Position numbers and translations under genes: made by a program
Part shown: one piece after another, positions 25,742-35,324 of the stretch
How the letters are laid out: each line of letters starts with the position of its first letter
Position numbering within the stretch: position 1 is the stretch's first letter
Assembly: GCA_041178085.1 (NCBI GenBank)
Contig: JBEGVZ010000119.1
Coordinates: 44,723 to 108,722, forward strand
Length of the DNA: 64,000 nt
Source: Pseudomonadota bacterium
GTDB taxonomy: Bacteria > Bdellovibrionota_B > Oligoflexia > Oligoflexales > RGVZ01
Direction of reading: 5' to 3'
Notes under the pieces: generated by a model
Seen by the model: only the letters and a program-made list of their open reading frames with translations
Databases searched by the model: none
What the model was told of the DNA's origin: nothing

Positions 25742-26540
25742 GGGCACGCGCTTGGGCCGCCTGTCCGCCCTCGCCCCGGCATTGCTGGTGGCGGGGATTT
25801 TTGCCGTCATTTTGACGGGTTTTTTCGCATCGGCAACCGCATTTGCAGCAGATGCTTCAATGCCTTCCCTGAGCATCAACCTGGCGCAAAAGGATGACCC
25901 GGATTCCGTCGTCCCTGCGATCAAGATCGTTGCATTACTCACGGTCCTTTCGGTCGCCCCGGCAATCCTGTTGATGATGACTTCGTTCACCAGGATCCTG
26001 ATTGTCCTCAGCTTCGTACGCCAAGCCCTTGGCACAATGTCGATGCCACCAAATCAGGTTCTGGTCGGACTATCTCTCTTCTTGACCGCGTTCACAATGT
26101 CACCGGTCATCGAAACGCTTGAACAACGCGCCATCACTCCTTACCTGGCCAAGGCGATTACGCAGGAGCAAGCCCTGCAAGCCGCATCTGAGCCACTGCG
26201 AAAATTCATGATTGGCGAGACCCGGGAGAGCGATATTGGTCTTTTCTACTCGATCACCCGTAAGGAACAGCCGAAGTCCCACAAAGACATTCCCCTCACT
26301 GTGCTGGTCCCGGCGTTCATGATCAGCGAACTCAAAACGGCATTCCAGATTGGCTTCCTGATCTACATCCCGTTCCTGGTCATCGACATGGTCATCTCGG
26401 CGATCCTGATGGCCTTGGGGATGATGATGTTGCCGCCGACGATCGTCTCGCTGCCTTTCAAGCTGGTTCTGTTTGTCCTGGTTGACGGATGGTCACTGAT
26501 CGTCGGGTCCATCGTGAAGAGCTTCCACTCGTTTGGATGA
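25710..26540 (+). CDS. fliP: flagellar type III export gate protein FliP
   Basis: The conserved core is ALLTVLSVAPAILLMMTSFTRILIVLSFVRQALG...PNQVLVGLSLFLTAFTMSPV...AFQIGFLIYIPFLVIDMVISAILMALGMMMLPP. Confidence 0.9.
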   Translation: MRNSGTFQSSRGTRLGRLSALAPALLVAGIFAVILTGFFASATAFAADASMPSLSINLAQKDDPDSVVPAIKIVALLTVLSVAPAILLMMTSFTRILIVLSFVRQALGTMSMPPNQVLVGLSLFLTAFTMSPVIETLEQRAITPYLAKAITQEQALQAASEPLRKFMIGETRESDIGLFYSITRKEQPKSHKDIPLTVLVPAFMISELKTAFQIGFLIYIPFLVIDMVISAILMALGMMMLPPTIVSLPFKLVLFVLVDGWSLIVGSIVKSFHSFG

Positions 26541-26577
26541 CAGGCAACGCAGAAAAAATGAATGCGGGAGGGGCACC

Positions 26578-26847
26578 ATGACCGAACAGACCATCATCGA
26601 CATTGGCGGCAAGGCAATCATGGTCGCGATGCAAATTGCAGCGCCGGCCCTTGTCTCAACCCTGCTCGTGGGCCTTATTGTGTCTGTATTCCAGGCCGCG
26701 ACGCAGATCAACGAGCAGACGCTCACTTTCATTCCAAAGATCCTGATCATGAGCGTTGCACTGGCGATTGCCGGGCCGTGGATCATCCAGACGATGATGA
26801 ATTTCACCGTAGACATATTCAACACAATCCCGACCGTCGCCCGTTGA
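26578..26847 (+). CDS. fliQ: flagellar type III export gate protein FliQ
   Basis: A GGGAGGGG RBS precedes the ATG at 26578. The 89-aa protein has two TM helices and the core QAATQINEQTLTFIPKILIM. Confidence 0.9.
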   Translation: MTEQTIIDIGGKAIMVAMQIAAPALVSTLLVGLIVSVFQAATQINEQTLTFIPKILIMSVALAIAGPWIIQTMMNFTVDIFNTIPTVAR

Positions 26848-26858
26848 GGGAGCCTTGA

Positions 26859-27650
26859 ATGCTTGATTTCAGGGACGTTGATTCAGTGCTCAACCACGGA
26901 CTCGCCTTCCTGCGGGTAGGCGGCGTCGTGTTTGCATTGCCCGTCCTTGGGGACCAGCCAGTTCCGGTACCCGCGCGTGTCATCCTTGCCGCCGCAATAA
27001 CGGCAGCGATCGCCCACACCATCCCTGCCGCACCAGTCATGCCCCCGGGCGGCGATGTGCTCGTGCTAGCAGCCATGGTGATCAAGGAACTCGTGGTGGG
27101 CATTGCGATTGGCTATCTGGCTCGTGTCACATTTGACGGCCTTTTGATGGCTGCATCCATGGTGGGATACCAGATGGGTTTCGGCACGGCGTCCCTGTTC
27201 CTGCCAGACGCCGGCCAGCAGCTCGACACTTTCACATCGTTCCACAGGGTCATCATGATGACCATTTTCCTGCTGCTCGACCTGCATCACCTGTTCATCG
27301 ACGCGATCCTGACCAGCTTTATGCTGCTGCCTCTTGGCAAGTTGACCTTTTCACTTGCGCCACTCGCTGACACGGTGTTGACCGCCAGCAACCAGATCTT
27401 CAAGGTCGCATTGCAGCTTGGAGCTCCTGTGCTGGTTGCCCTGATGTTCACCCAGGCGGCGCTCGGTCTTGTGGCCCGCGCGGTCCCCCAGCTGAATGTG
27501 TTTGTCATCAGCTTCCCGCTCAGCTTCGCCGTAGGGCTGGTCGTCTATGTGGCGACACTTCCGTTTTTTCCTGAATGGATGCGGGAACATTACCTGGGTA
27601 CGAGGGACTCGTTCCATACGGCGATGAAGGCCATGTCAACAGTCCGCTAA
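26859..27650 (+). CDS. fliR: flagellar type III export gate protein FliR
   Basis: It is a polytopic membrane protein of 263 aa between fliQ and flhB. The segment QMGFGTASLF is typical of FliR. Confidence 0.85.
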   Translation: MLDFRDVDSVLNHGLAFLRVGGVVFALPVLGDQPVPVPARVILAAAITAAIAHTIPAAPVMPPGGDVLVLAAMVIKELVVGIAIGYLARVTFDGLLMAASMVGYQMGFGTASLFLPDAGQQLDTFTSFHRVIMMTIFLLLDLHHLFIDAILTSFMLLPLGKLTFSLAPLADTVLTASNQIFKVALQLGAPVLVALMFTQAALGLVARAVPQLNVFVISFPLSFAVGLVVYVATLPFFPEWMREHYLGTRDSFHTAMKAMSTVR

Positions 27651-27679
27651 ATAATTGACGAAGGGCGCGGGGAAAACCA

Positions 27680-28771
27680 TTGGCTGCATTTGATGAAAAT
27701 AATGAAGATCGCACAGAAGAAGCGACGCAAGAGCGACGCGAGGACTTCCGTGAGCGCGGTCAGGTGGCCGTCTCCCGGGAGGTCACCGCGGTCTTCATAC
27801 TCCTCGCGGCGACCCTTGTGGTTTACTACGGCGGGTCAGCAGGCCTTGCAACCATAGAGCGGATGATGACGTCTTCCTTCCAGATGGCAAGCCGCCTGCG
27901 CATCGACGACAAGAACATTTTGTCTTACCTCGGCGCAATGTGGCTCCCGGCCTTGTTCATTATCGTACCGGTATGTGCAGCCGCGGCGGTGATTGCGGCC
28001 GCGGTGACCCTTTTGCAAACGCGTTTCAACTGGTCATGGGAAAAACTTGCACCTGATTTCTCGAAGCTCAACCCTATGCAGGGCTTGACCCGGATGGTCG
28101 GCCTGGACGCCGGAGCAGAGCTTTTGAAGGCCTCAGCCAAAACTCTGGCCATTGGGGCAGTCGCGTGGGCAGTTCTGAAGAGCGAGCTGTCACGAGCACC
28201 TGGCCTGATGATGACGCCCGTCACTGCAACGTGGGCATACTGGGGACACATGACGACCCAACTCGTGTGGGCGGTGGGTGGCGTCGCGGCATTCATCGCA
28301 GCCGCCGACTTCTTCTACAACTGGTTCCGCCTCGAAGGCCAGATGAAGATGACCAAGCAGGAAGTGAAGGAAGAGATCAAACGCCGCGAAACGGATCCGC
28401 ACTTGAAGGCGCGCCAAAAGAGAATGCAGCGGGAAATCGCGAATCGCAAGGTGGTCGAAAAAACCCGCCAGGCAACTGTTCTGATCACCAACCCGACACA
28501 CTATTCCATCGCGCTCAAGTACGAAATGGGAATGGGCGCGCCTGTGGTTCTTGCCAAGGGAGTCGACCATTTGGCCCTGAAAATGCGCGAGATCGCGCGC
28601 GAGGAAGACATACCGATCGTAGAAAATCGGCCACTGGCGCGGGCGATCTACGCCGAGGTCGACGAGGACCAGGAAATTCCGGAGACAATGTACCGGGCAA
28701 TTTCAGAGATCATCCGCTACGTGTTCAAGCTGAAGGGCGTCAATATCGGCCGAAAGAAAAAAACGGCCTGA
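27680..28771 (+). CDS. flhB: flagellar export switch protein FlhB
   Basis: The N-terminus is EDRTEEATQERREDFRERGQVAVSRE. There are four TM helices. The autocleavage site NPTH lies in VLITNPTHYSIALKY. Confidence 0.9.
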   Translation: MAAFDENNEDRTEEATQERREDFRERGQVAVSREVTAVFILLAATLVVYYGGSAGLATIERMMTSSFQMASRLRIDDKNILSYLGAMWLPALFIIVPVCAAAAVIAAAVTLLQTRFNWSWEKLAPDFSKLNPMQGLTRMVGLDAGAELLKASAKTLAIGAVAWAVLKSELSRAPGLMMTPVTATWAYWGHMTTQLVWAVGGVAAFIAAADFFYNWFRLEGQMKMTKQEVKEEIKRRETDPHLKARQKRMQREIANRKVVEKTRQATVLITNPTHYSIALKYEMGMGAPVVLAKGVDHLALKMREIAREEDIPIVENRPLARAIYAEVDEDQEIPETMYRAISEIIRYVFKLKGVNIGRKKKTA

Positions 28772-28795
28772 TAACAGGACAGGGGAACGGCAATC

Positions 28796-30916
28796 ATGGC
28801 GACTGCAGCAACAGCCAAGGCCAGCACCGGGGCGGAGACCGCCCCTACGGGCCTGCTTTCGATCATAAAGAGTCCTGACATTCAGTTTGCTGTCGGCCTG
28901 CTCTCGATCGTCTTCATGATGATCGTCCCGCTGCCGGCAATCCTTCTGGATATGCTGCTTGCCGTCTCAATCACGGTTTCCATCCTGATCCTCCTGGTCT
29001 CTGTCTACATCAAGCAGCCACTTGATTTCTCAACGTTCCCCACAGTGCTTCTTGTCACGACACTATTCCGCCTCGGCCTTAACGTCGCAACGACCAGAGC
29101 GATCCTGCTGAAAGCGCAAAATGGGGACGTTTCTGACGTCGTCGAGGCATTCGGCAAGTTTGTGGTCGGAGGAAATTACTTCGTCGGTTTCACCATCTTC
29201 GTGATCCTGGTCATCATCAACTTCATCGTAATCACCAAAGGTGCGGGCCGCGTCGCAGAAGTGGGCGCACGATTCACTCTCGATGCAATGCCAGGCAAGC
29301 AGATGGCCATTGACGCCGAAATGAATGCCGGCCTGATTGACCGGGACGAAGCCAAGCGTCGTCGGGCCAAGGTCGAGCAAGAAGCAGACTTTTACGGGGC
29401 AATGGACGGTGCTTCAAAGTTCGTCCGGGGAGACGCGATCGCCGGCATCATCATTACCATCATCAACATCATCGTTGGCCTGATGGTGGGCGTATTCCAG
29501 CACAACATGTCCTTCGGTAACGCAGCAGAACTCTACACTTTGCTCACGGTTGGTGACGGCCTGGTATCACAGATCCCGGCTCTTATCATATCAACCGCAG
29601 CAGGTATCATCGTCACCCGCGCCTCAGCAGGTGGCGGGTTGTCGCAAGACCTGTCGGAACAGATGATCGTCCATCCGAAAGCCCTTTATGCATGTTCAGG
29701 GCTGCTGGTCGTGATGGCGCTCATTCCTGGGCTGCCCGCATTACCGTTCCTGTTGATGGCAGCAGGTTTCTATTACCTGGCCCGGCAATCTGCCAAGGCA
29801 ATGACCCTGAAAATCGAGGAAGAAGCAAAGGCAACAGCCATCGAAAGAGACAGGAAGGACGGGGCCTCGGATTCCATTGAGGCACTGCTTCACGTTGATA
29901 CCATGGCACTGGAAGTGGGTGTCGGCCTGATCCCACTGGTTGATACCCAGCAAGATGGTGAAATTCTTGAACGTATCATCTCGGCGCGCAAGCAGTTCGC
30001 GCAGGACTTGGGAATTGTTGTGCCGATGGTGATGGTGCGTGACAACATCCAGCTCGCGCCTGGCGAATACCAGATCCTGCTCAAGGGTAACGTCATCGGA
30101 CGCGGCAACTTGATGATCGACTATTATCTGGCCATGGACCCAGGTGATATTTCGGATCCCATCCAGGGAATCAAGACGATCGAGCCCGCCTACGGGCTTG
30201 AAGCGATATGGATCAAGCCCAACCAGCGCGACGAAGCCACTTTCCGCGGCTACACTGCCGTGAACTGTGCCACTGTGGTCGTCACCCACCTGACCAAATT
30301 GATCTCCGAGCACGCCCAGGAACTGCTAGGCCGCCAGGAAACACAAAACCTCATCGACTCCGTCAAGAAGGAGCATCCCAAAGTTGTCGAGGAGATGATT
30401 GGGGCCGACCGCCTGACCCTTGGGGATGTCGTCAAGGTCCTCCAGAATCTTCTCGGAGAAGGCGTAAGCATCCGGGATGCACTGACAATTTTCGAAACTC
30501 TTGCCGACCATTCCAAGTCAATCAAGTCGCCTGAAGTGCTCACGCGATATGTCCGCATCGCACTTGGGCGTGGTATCATCAAGAAGTACCTGACCAATGA
30601 CAATCAGCTACTCATCGCGAGCCTTGATCGCGCTGTGGAGGACACGATTGTCATGAGCCAGCACACAAACGAGGATGGCTCTTCGACGCTGGATCTGGAT
30701 CCAGAAATGGCGCAGAGGCTCCTCAACAGCATCGCCGCAACCATGAGGAATTTTGAACCTCATGGCGCAATACCCATCCTCCTCTGCGGATCCCGCATAC
30801 GATGGGGACTCAGGAAACTTGTGAACAGGTTCATCCCGGGCTTGATCGTCCTGGCATTCGATGAGTTGCCGCAGGGGACGAAAACCAAGTCGGTCGGGAC
30901 TGTCAGGCTTCAGTAG
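28796..30916 (+). CDS. flhA: flagellar export apparatus protein FlhA
   Basis: The protein is 706 aa. The conserved FHIPEP region is FPTVLLVTTLFRLGLNVATTRAILL...GGNYFVGFTIFVILVIINFIVITKGAGRVAEVGARFTLDAMPGKQMAIDAE. Confidence 0.95.
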   Translation: MATAATAKASTGAETAPTGLLSIIKSPDIQFAVGLLSIVFMMIVPLPAILLDMLLAVSITVSILILLVSVYIKQPLDFSTFPTVLLVTTLFRLGLNVATTRAILLKAQNGDVSDVVEAFGKFVVGGNYFVGFTIFVILVIINFIVITKGAGRVAEVGARFTLDAMPGKQMAIDAEMNAGLIDRDEAKRRRAKVEQEADFYGAMDGASKFVRGDAIAGIIITIINIIVGLMVGVFQHNMSFGNAAELYTLLTVGDGLVSQIPALIISTAAGIIVTRASAGGGLSQDLSEQMIVHPKALYACSGLLVVMALIPGLPALPFLLMAAGFYYLARQSAKAMTLKIEEEAKATAIERDRKDGASDSIEALLHVDTMALEVGVGLIPLVDTQQDGEILERIISARKQFAQDLGIVVPMVMVRDNIQLAPGEYQILLKGNVIGRGNLMIDYYLAMDPGDISDPIQGIKTIEPAYGLEAIWIKPNQRDEATFRGYTAVNCATVVVTHLTKLISEHAQELLGRQETQNLIDSVKKEHPKVVEEMIGADRLTLGDVVKVLQNLLGEGVSIRDALTIFETLADHSKSIKSPEVLTRYVRIALGRGIIKKYLTNDNQLLIASLDRAVEDTIVMSQHTNEDGSSTLDLDPEMAQRLLNSIAATMRNFEPHGAIPILLCGSRIRWGLRKLVNRFIPGLIVLAFDELPQGTKTKSVGTVRLQ

Positions 30917-30950
30917 GCGTTTTCGATCTCGCAAGGAAGGATTTTGACCA

Positions 30951-32153
30951 ATGCAGATCAGGACATTCGAGGCCAATTCTTTCAAGGAAGCCGTCAAGGC
31001 CGTGAAGCAGGACCTTGGCAGCGAGGCTGTCATCCTGTCGACGCGTGAGAAGCCGATCGAGGGCCGCCCTGGGGCAAAGATGGTGGAAGTCACCGCCGCC
31101 GCCCCTGCCGGAGCTCGCACCGTCATCGGCGGACAGTCAGCGGCCGACGCTCAAGCCAGCGACAAAATGGCTGGCGCTTACATGCAGAAAATCGATTCGC
31201 GTATCGACGCAATTGAAGCAAAAATGCCGTCTTCGCGGCGCCTCGAAAATCTTGAGGCTTCGGTGCACGACTTGAAGCTTCTACTTCTGGAGGTGCTCCG
31301 CCAGGGCAACCAGCAAGCCGAAAAATCACTGGCTCCAGAAGCATGCGAGGTTGTTCGCCAACTCCGCCATGCCGGCATTGATGAGATGCTGTTGACGCGT
31401 CTTGCCACTTTCCTCAACAAATCAAACACGAGCCGCCCAGCAAAACAGCCCTCTGGCGAAGAAATCCCCGTCAGCCCTGAGAATTGGGTGCGGGATCAAT
31501 CGATCCGGTGGATGTTGAAACAGATCTCCATCGCCCCGCGATGGGATACCATGCCAGGCGGACAGTCCGTGCACTGCCTTGTCGGTCCTCCCGGAGCTGG
31601 CAAGACCACTTTGATATCAAAGCTCGCGGCGCAGTTCACCCTGCGCGAAAAAAGAAAAGTCGTGCTTGTCTCCTACGACACGGTGCGCCTGGCAGCCTCT
31701 GAACAGCTGAGGGTGTATGCCAAAGTAATGGGCATCCCGTTTGAGGCAATTCAGCAGCCAGGTGACCTTGCCGGCGCAATTAGCAAGCACCCAGACGCTT
31801 CGCTCTTTCTGCTCGACACCACAGGAAGACCGGTCAAGCAGAACAAGATCATCCAGGAACTCAGCGCCCTGAAGCGCACGGCGCCTGCCATGGAATTTCA
31901 TCTGGTGCTTTCCGCCGCAGAGAAGCTTCAATCCCTAGAATCCGCTGTACGGGCGCATACCGAGCTCGGAATCCGCAGCATTGCCTTCAACAAGCTGGAT
32001 GAGAGCTGGCAATTCGCAGACGCATTCAACATCGCTGCAAAGTGGGCGGTTCCACTCAGCTTCTTCGGCACCGGGCCGGAAGTTCCTGATGCAGTAGAAC
32101 GGGCGAGCCGGGAACGAATTGTTGAGCAGGTGTTCGGTCTTTCCAGGTCCTGA
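30951..32153 (+). CDS. flhF: flagellar biosynthesis GTPase FlhF (SRP family)
   Basis: The G-domain motifs are LVGPPGAGKTTLISKLAA, LLDTTGR and FNKLDE. It sits between flhA and flhG. Confidence 0.85.
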   Translation: MQIRTFEANSFKEAVKAVKQDLGSEAVILSTREKPIEGRPGAKMVEVTAAAPAGARTVIGGQSAADAQASDKMAGAYMQKIDSRIDAIEAKMPSSRRLENLEASVHDLKLLLLEVLRQGNQQAEKSLAPEACEVVRQLRHAGIDEMLLTRLATFLNKSNTSRPAKQPSGEEIPVSPENWVRDQSIRWMLKQISIAPRWDTMPGGQSVHCLVGPPGAGKTTLISKLAAQFTLREKRKVVLVSYDTVRLAASEQLRVYAKVMGIPFEAIQQPGDLAGAISKHPDASLFLLDTTGRPVKQNKIIQELSALKRTAPAMEFHLVLSAAEKLQSLESAVRAHTELGIRSIAFNKLDESWQFADAFNIAAKWAVPLSFFGTGPEVPDAVERASRERIVEQVFGLSRS

Positions 32154-32167
32154 GGAGAACTGCGACG

Positions 32168-33010
32168 ATGGAAAATTTGAACAGACATGGCGCAAAATGC
32201 AGGATCGCTGTCTCCAGCGGCAAGGGCGGCGTTGGCAAGACGCTGACATCCGTGAATCTGGCCGCGGCTGCGGCGCGCCACGGACAACGAACCTTGATCA
32301 TTGACGGCGACCTTGGCCTTGCAAACGTCGACGTCCTGCTTGGACTTCGCGCCGAAAACAGCATCTTCGAATTCCTGACAGGAAGGCTCACGCTCGACGA
32401 TGTCGCCGTCAGGGGTCCCCTTGGCATCACCGTAATGCCTGCCGGATCAGGGATCGCAGCAATGCAGAACCTTGATACTTCTTCACGGGATCGCCTCCTG
32501 GATGCGCTGGCGGCCTATGCGGCCGCCTTTGACGCAGTAATCATCGACACTGGGGCGGGAATTTCTGAGACCGTCATTGCGCTCAACCGGATGGCCAGCA
32601 CAAACCTTGTCGTAACCACGCCGGAACCCCACGCGATCACGGACGCCTATGCCCTGATCAAGGTCCTGTCGGAGTGCGAGGACATTCCGGTGATCGCTGT
32701 AGCAGTAAATCAAGCACGGTCGGAGGAAGAAGGGCGTCGAGTATTCGACCGTCTATGCGAAGTGGCCGCAAAATTTCTGAGTGCAAAACTCGTCTACGCC
32801 GGATCCATCCCGGTTGACAGCTCAGTCACCAAGGGCGTGATGGCGCGCCGCACCCTGACGGAAAACACCCAGGGCACCCTTGCGGGACAGGCTTGGACAC
32901 AATGCTTCCACCGCCTTGCATCGTCCTACGACCCCGAGGGGCCTGTAACGAACTTTGGCGCGGCATCCTTGATTCAAAATGACATCATCAACCGGAGGCC
33001 CCAGCCATGA
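32168..33010 (+). CDS. flhG: MinD/ParA-type ATPase FlhG (FleN)
   Basis: The deviant Walker A is IAVSSGKGGVGKTLTSVNLAAA. It sits between flhF and fliA. Confidence 0.85.
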   Translation: MENLNRHGAKCRIAVSSGKGGVGKTLTSVNLAAAAARHGQRTLIIDGDLGLANVDVLLGLRAENSIFEFLTGRLTLDDVAVRGPLGITVMPAGSGIAAMQNLDTSSRDRLLDALAAYAAAFDAVIIDTGAGISETVIALNRMASTNLVVTTPEPHAITDAYALIKVLSECEDIPVIAVAVNQARSEEEGRRVFDRLCEVAAKFLSAKLVYAGSIPVDSSVTKGVMARRTLTENTQGTLAGQAWTQCFHRLASSYDPEGPVTNFGAASLIQNDIINRRPQP

Positions 33011-33765
33011 AAGGCTTGGTCAAACGCTACAAGCAGGAAACGCAAGGCGTAGACGGCAAGCTGAGGGACCAGCTGATCATGGACTATGCGCCACTGATCC
33101 GCTTTGTTGCCCAGAGGATTGCGGCACGCTTGCCCTCCAACATTGAAATTGATGACTTGATCAGCGCCGGCGTCATCGGCTTGATGGATGCGATCGAAAA
33201 ATACGACCCCAGCCGGGACAACAAGTTCAAGACTTATGCGGAATTCCGTATCCGGGGCGCAATCCTGGACGAACTCCGCAGCCAGGACTGGGTGCCGCGT
33301 TCTGTCCGGGACAAGGCGAAAAAAATCGAGCGAACCTACGCCGAACTTGAGCAAAAATACGGGCGTTCGATTTCCGACGCGGAGCTTTCTGACGCTCTGG
33401 GGATGGACCTTGACTCCTACCATGAACTTGTCTCGAAGGTTAAGTCAGTCACGTTGCTCTCCATCGATGAATTGAGTGGACCAGGGCAGAGTGACCGCAA
33501 GAGCCTTTTGGAGTCACTTGAAAACCCGAACTCGAAGAATCCGTTCCAGCACCTCAAAAACCAGGGCGTACGGCAACTTTTGATCAACCACATCGCCGAC
33601 CTCCCGGAGAAACAGAAACTTGTGCTGTCGCTCTATTACTACGAAGACCTGAACCTAAAGGAAATCGGCAGGATTCTTGAGGTGACTGAATCGCGCGTCA
33701 GCCAGTTGCATACGCAAGCGGTGAACAAGCTGCGCACAAAGCTAAAACATATCCTTAGCGAGTAA
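33007..33765 (+). CDS. fliA: flagellar RNA polymerase sigma factor FliA (sigma-28)
   Basis: Region 2 reads DDLISAGVIGLMDAIEKYDPSRDNKFKTYAEFRIRGAILDELR. Region 4 reads LSLYYYEDLNLKEIGRILEVTESRVSQLHTQAV. The position in the cluster also supports the call. Confidence 0.9.
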   Translation: MKGLVKRYKQETQGVDGKLRDQLIMDYAPLIRFVAQRIAARLPSNIEIDDLISAGVIGLMDAIEKYDPSRDNKFKTYAEFRIRGAILDELRSQDWVPRSVRDKAKKIERTYAELEQKYGRSISDAELSDALGMDLDSYHELVSKVKSVTLLSIDELSGPGQSDRKSLLESLENPNSKNPFQHLKNQGVRQLLINHIADLPEKQKLVLSLYYYEDLNLKEIGRILEVTESRVSQLHTQAVNKLRTKLKHILSE

Positions 33766-33777
33766 GGGGGAAGATTC

Positions 33778-34188
33778 ATGGCACTTGGCGCACCAGAGAT
33801 GAAAATACTGATCGTCGATGACTTCCCGACCATGAGACGCATCACCCGCACCCTGCTCAAGCAGCTTGGCTATAGCAACTGCGTTGAGGCCGAGGACGGA
33901 AAGCAAGGCCTGGAGATGCTCAACCGGGAAGGGTCAATTGAATTCGTGGTTTCTGACTGGAACATGCCCAACATGACCGGCCTTGAACTGCTCGGAGCGG
34001 TGCGCGCAAGCGAAAAACTGAAGAAGATGCCGTTTTTGATGGTCACGGCCGAGGCGGAGCAAGAGAACATCATGGCCGCCGTGAAGGCTGGCGTTTCCAA
34101 TTATATCGTGAAGCCATTCACTGCCCAGATCCTTCAAGACAAGCTAAATAAAATTTTTGCTGCATATGGTGTCAAAAAAGAGGGATGA
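33778..34188 (+). CDS. cheY: chemotaxis response regulator CheY
   Basis: It is a stand-alone receiver domain: [12 protein letters not shown]...[16 protein letters not shown]...[22 protein letters not shown]. The acid pocket, phospho-Asp, Thr and Lys are all present. Confidence 0.9.
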   Translation: MALGAPEMKILIVDDFPTMRRITRTLLKQLGYSNCVEAEDGKQGLEMLNREGSIEFVVSDWNMPNMTGLELLGAVRASEKLKKMPFLMVTAEAEQENIMAAVKAGVSNYIVKPFTAQILQDKLNKIFAAYGVKKEG

Positions 34189-34229
34189 CAAGGGCCTGAC
34201 AGACATTTGTGTCACGAGGAGGAGCTGCC

Positions 34230-34715
34230 ATGTCGGACGTCGTGCAACAAGACAATAGCTTGCCACAAGAAGAGCACAGCAATGCGGCAACACAGGCTGC
34301 GCCACGCGACGAAGCAGTTGCTTTTAGCGAAGAATTTATCCGCAGCTTCCCCCGCAGCAACCGCAAAGTTTCCATCATTGTGATGCCCTTCGGCCTGAAA
34401 GGTGACCCGGACAAGAATCACGAGGGAACATCCTTGTTTATCTCACCGCACGGAATCGAATTCCAGGCGGCCAGAGACTTCAAGGCCGGATCCCTGCTGA
34501 AGATCGAAATCACGATCCCGGATTACTGGGAACGGAAGATGAAAGTGGTCGAGTATCGCCGCATTGACCGGCCGGAAAACTTCAGAATCCTGGCCAAGGT
34601 CATGAAAGTGGAAGACATCGGCAAAAGGGGTCGCAAGAAACACGTGATCGCACAGACGGTTAACCTCGAGCCCTGCGATGATAAAGTCCTGCGCGCCTAT
34701 CTTCAGGAAGGGTGA
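34230..34715 (+). CDS. PilZ-like beta-barrel protein with degenerate c-di-GMP motifs (putative)
   Basis: A GAGGAGG RBS precedes the ATG at 34230. PRSNRKV stands in place of RxxxR, and FISPHGIEF in place of (D/N)xSxxG. It lies at the distal end of the flagellar cluster. Confidence 0.4.
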   Translation: MSDVVQQDNSLPQEEHSNAATQAAPRDEAVAFSEEFIRSFPRSNRKVSIIVMPFGLKGDPDKNHEGTSLFISPHGIEFQAARDFKAGSLLKIEITIPDYWERKMKVVEYRRIDRPENFRILAKVMKVEDIGKRGRKKHVIAQTVNLEPCDDKVLRAYLQEG

Positions 34716-34718
34716 GCC

Positions 34719-35324
34719 ATGAATACGATTCTGATGGCAGTGCTGCTGATCGTTGACGTCGGACTGATCTATGCGGTCTGGCAATTTTCGCGTCGCCGCA
34801 CGATCGAGGCCGATATTGTCGCAGAGCTTGCCGAGGAACGTCGCCTGATTGAGGAGATTCGCCACTCGATCCGCGAAGAACTGTCATCGGGCCAGTCACG
34901 CATCCGGGAGGCAACTGACCGCGTCAGCCGCCTTGCCATGGAGGCGGAGCAGGAAGTGGCCAGCAGCGGCAACGTGATCAGGTCAGAAGTTGAAAAAGCG
35001 CTGGCAGGCCTTGGCGGTTCCCTGAACCTGCCAATGGCAGAACTCGCCCAGCGACAGGAACAGCTGGCCGGATTGCTACGCAAGGTTGAAAACGAAAAGA
35101 ACTTGCTGCGCAAGGCACTGTCCCGCGCAGAGATGATGATCAAGGCCCTGGACGAAAAAGCGCCATTTGAAGAAGTCATGGGTGAACTGGTCGAGAAGAA
35201 GTACACAGACGCCCGCAGCATGCTGGCCCAGGGGATGAGCGTCCCGAAGGTCGCCATCGAAGTGAACCTCAGTGAGCCAGAAGTGCGACTGCTTGCCGGC
35301 CTGGCAAGCCATCAGACCAGGTGA
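34719..35324 (+). CDS. membrane-anchored coiled-coil protein with a C-terminal HTH-like tail (DUF2802-like, putative)
   Basis: The N-terminal TM helix is MNTILMAVLLIVDVGLIYAVW. The middle is coiled coil. The tail ARSMLAQGMSVPKVAIEVNLSEPEVRLLAGL resembles the DUF2802 motif seen in gammaproteobacterial flagellar clusters, as I recall it. Confidence 0.4.
   Translation: MNTILMAVLLIVDVGLIYAVWQFSRRRTIEADIVAELAEERRLIEEIRHSIREELSSGQSRIREATDRVSRLAMEAEQEVASSGNVIRSEVEKALAGLGGSLNLPMAELAQRQEQLAGLLRKVENEKNLLRKALSRAEMMIKALDEKAPFEEVMGELVEKKYTDARSMLAQGMSVPKVAIEVNLSEPEVRLLAGLASHQTR

Noticed and set aside
25004-26035. A 343-aa minus-strand ORF across the fliO-like gene and fliP.
   Set aside because: It is antisense to the conserved FliP core. 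It is Arg-rich and looks like a shadow ORF.
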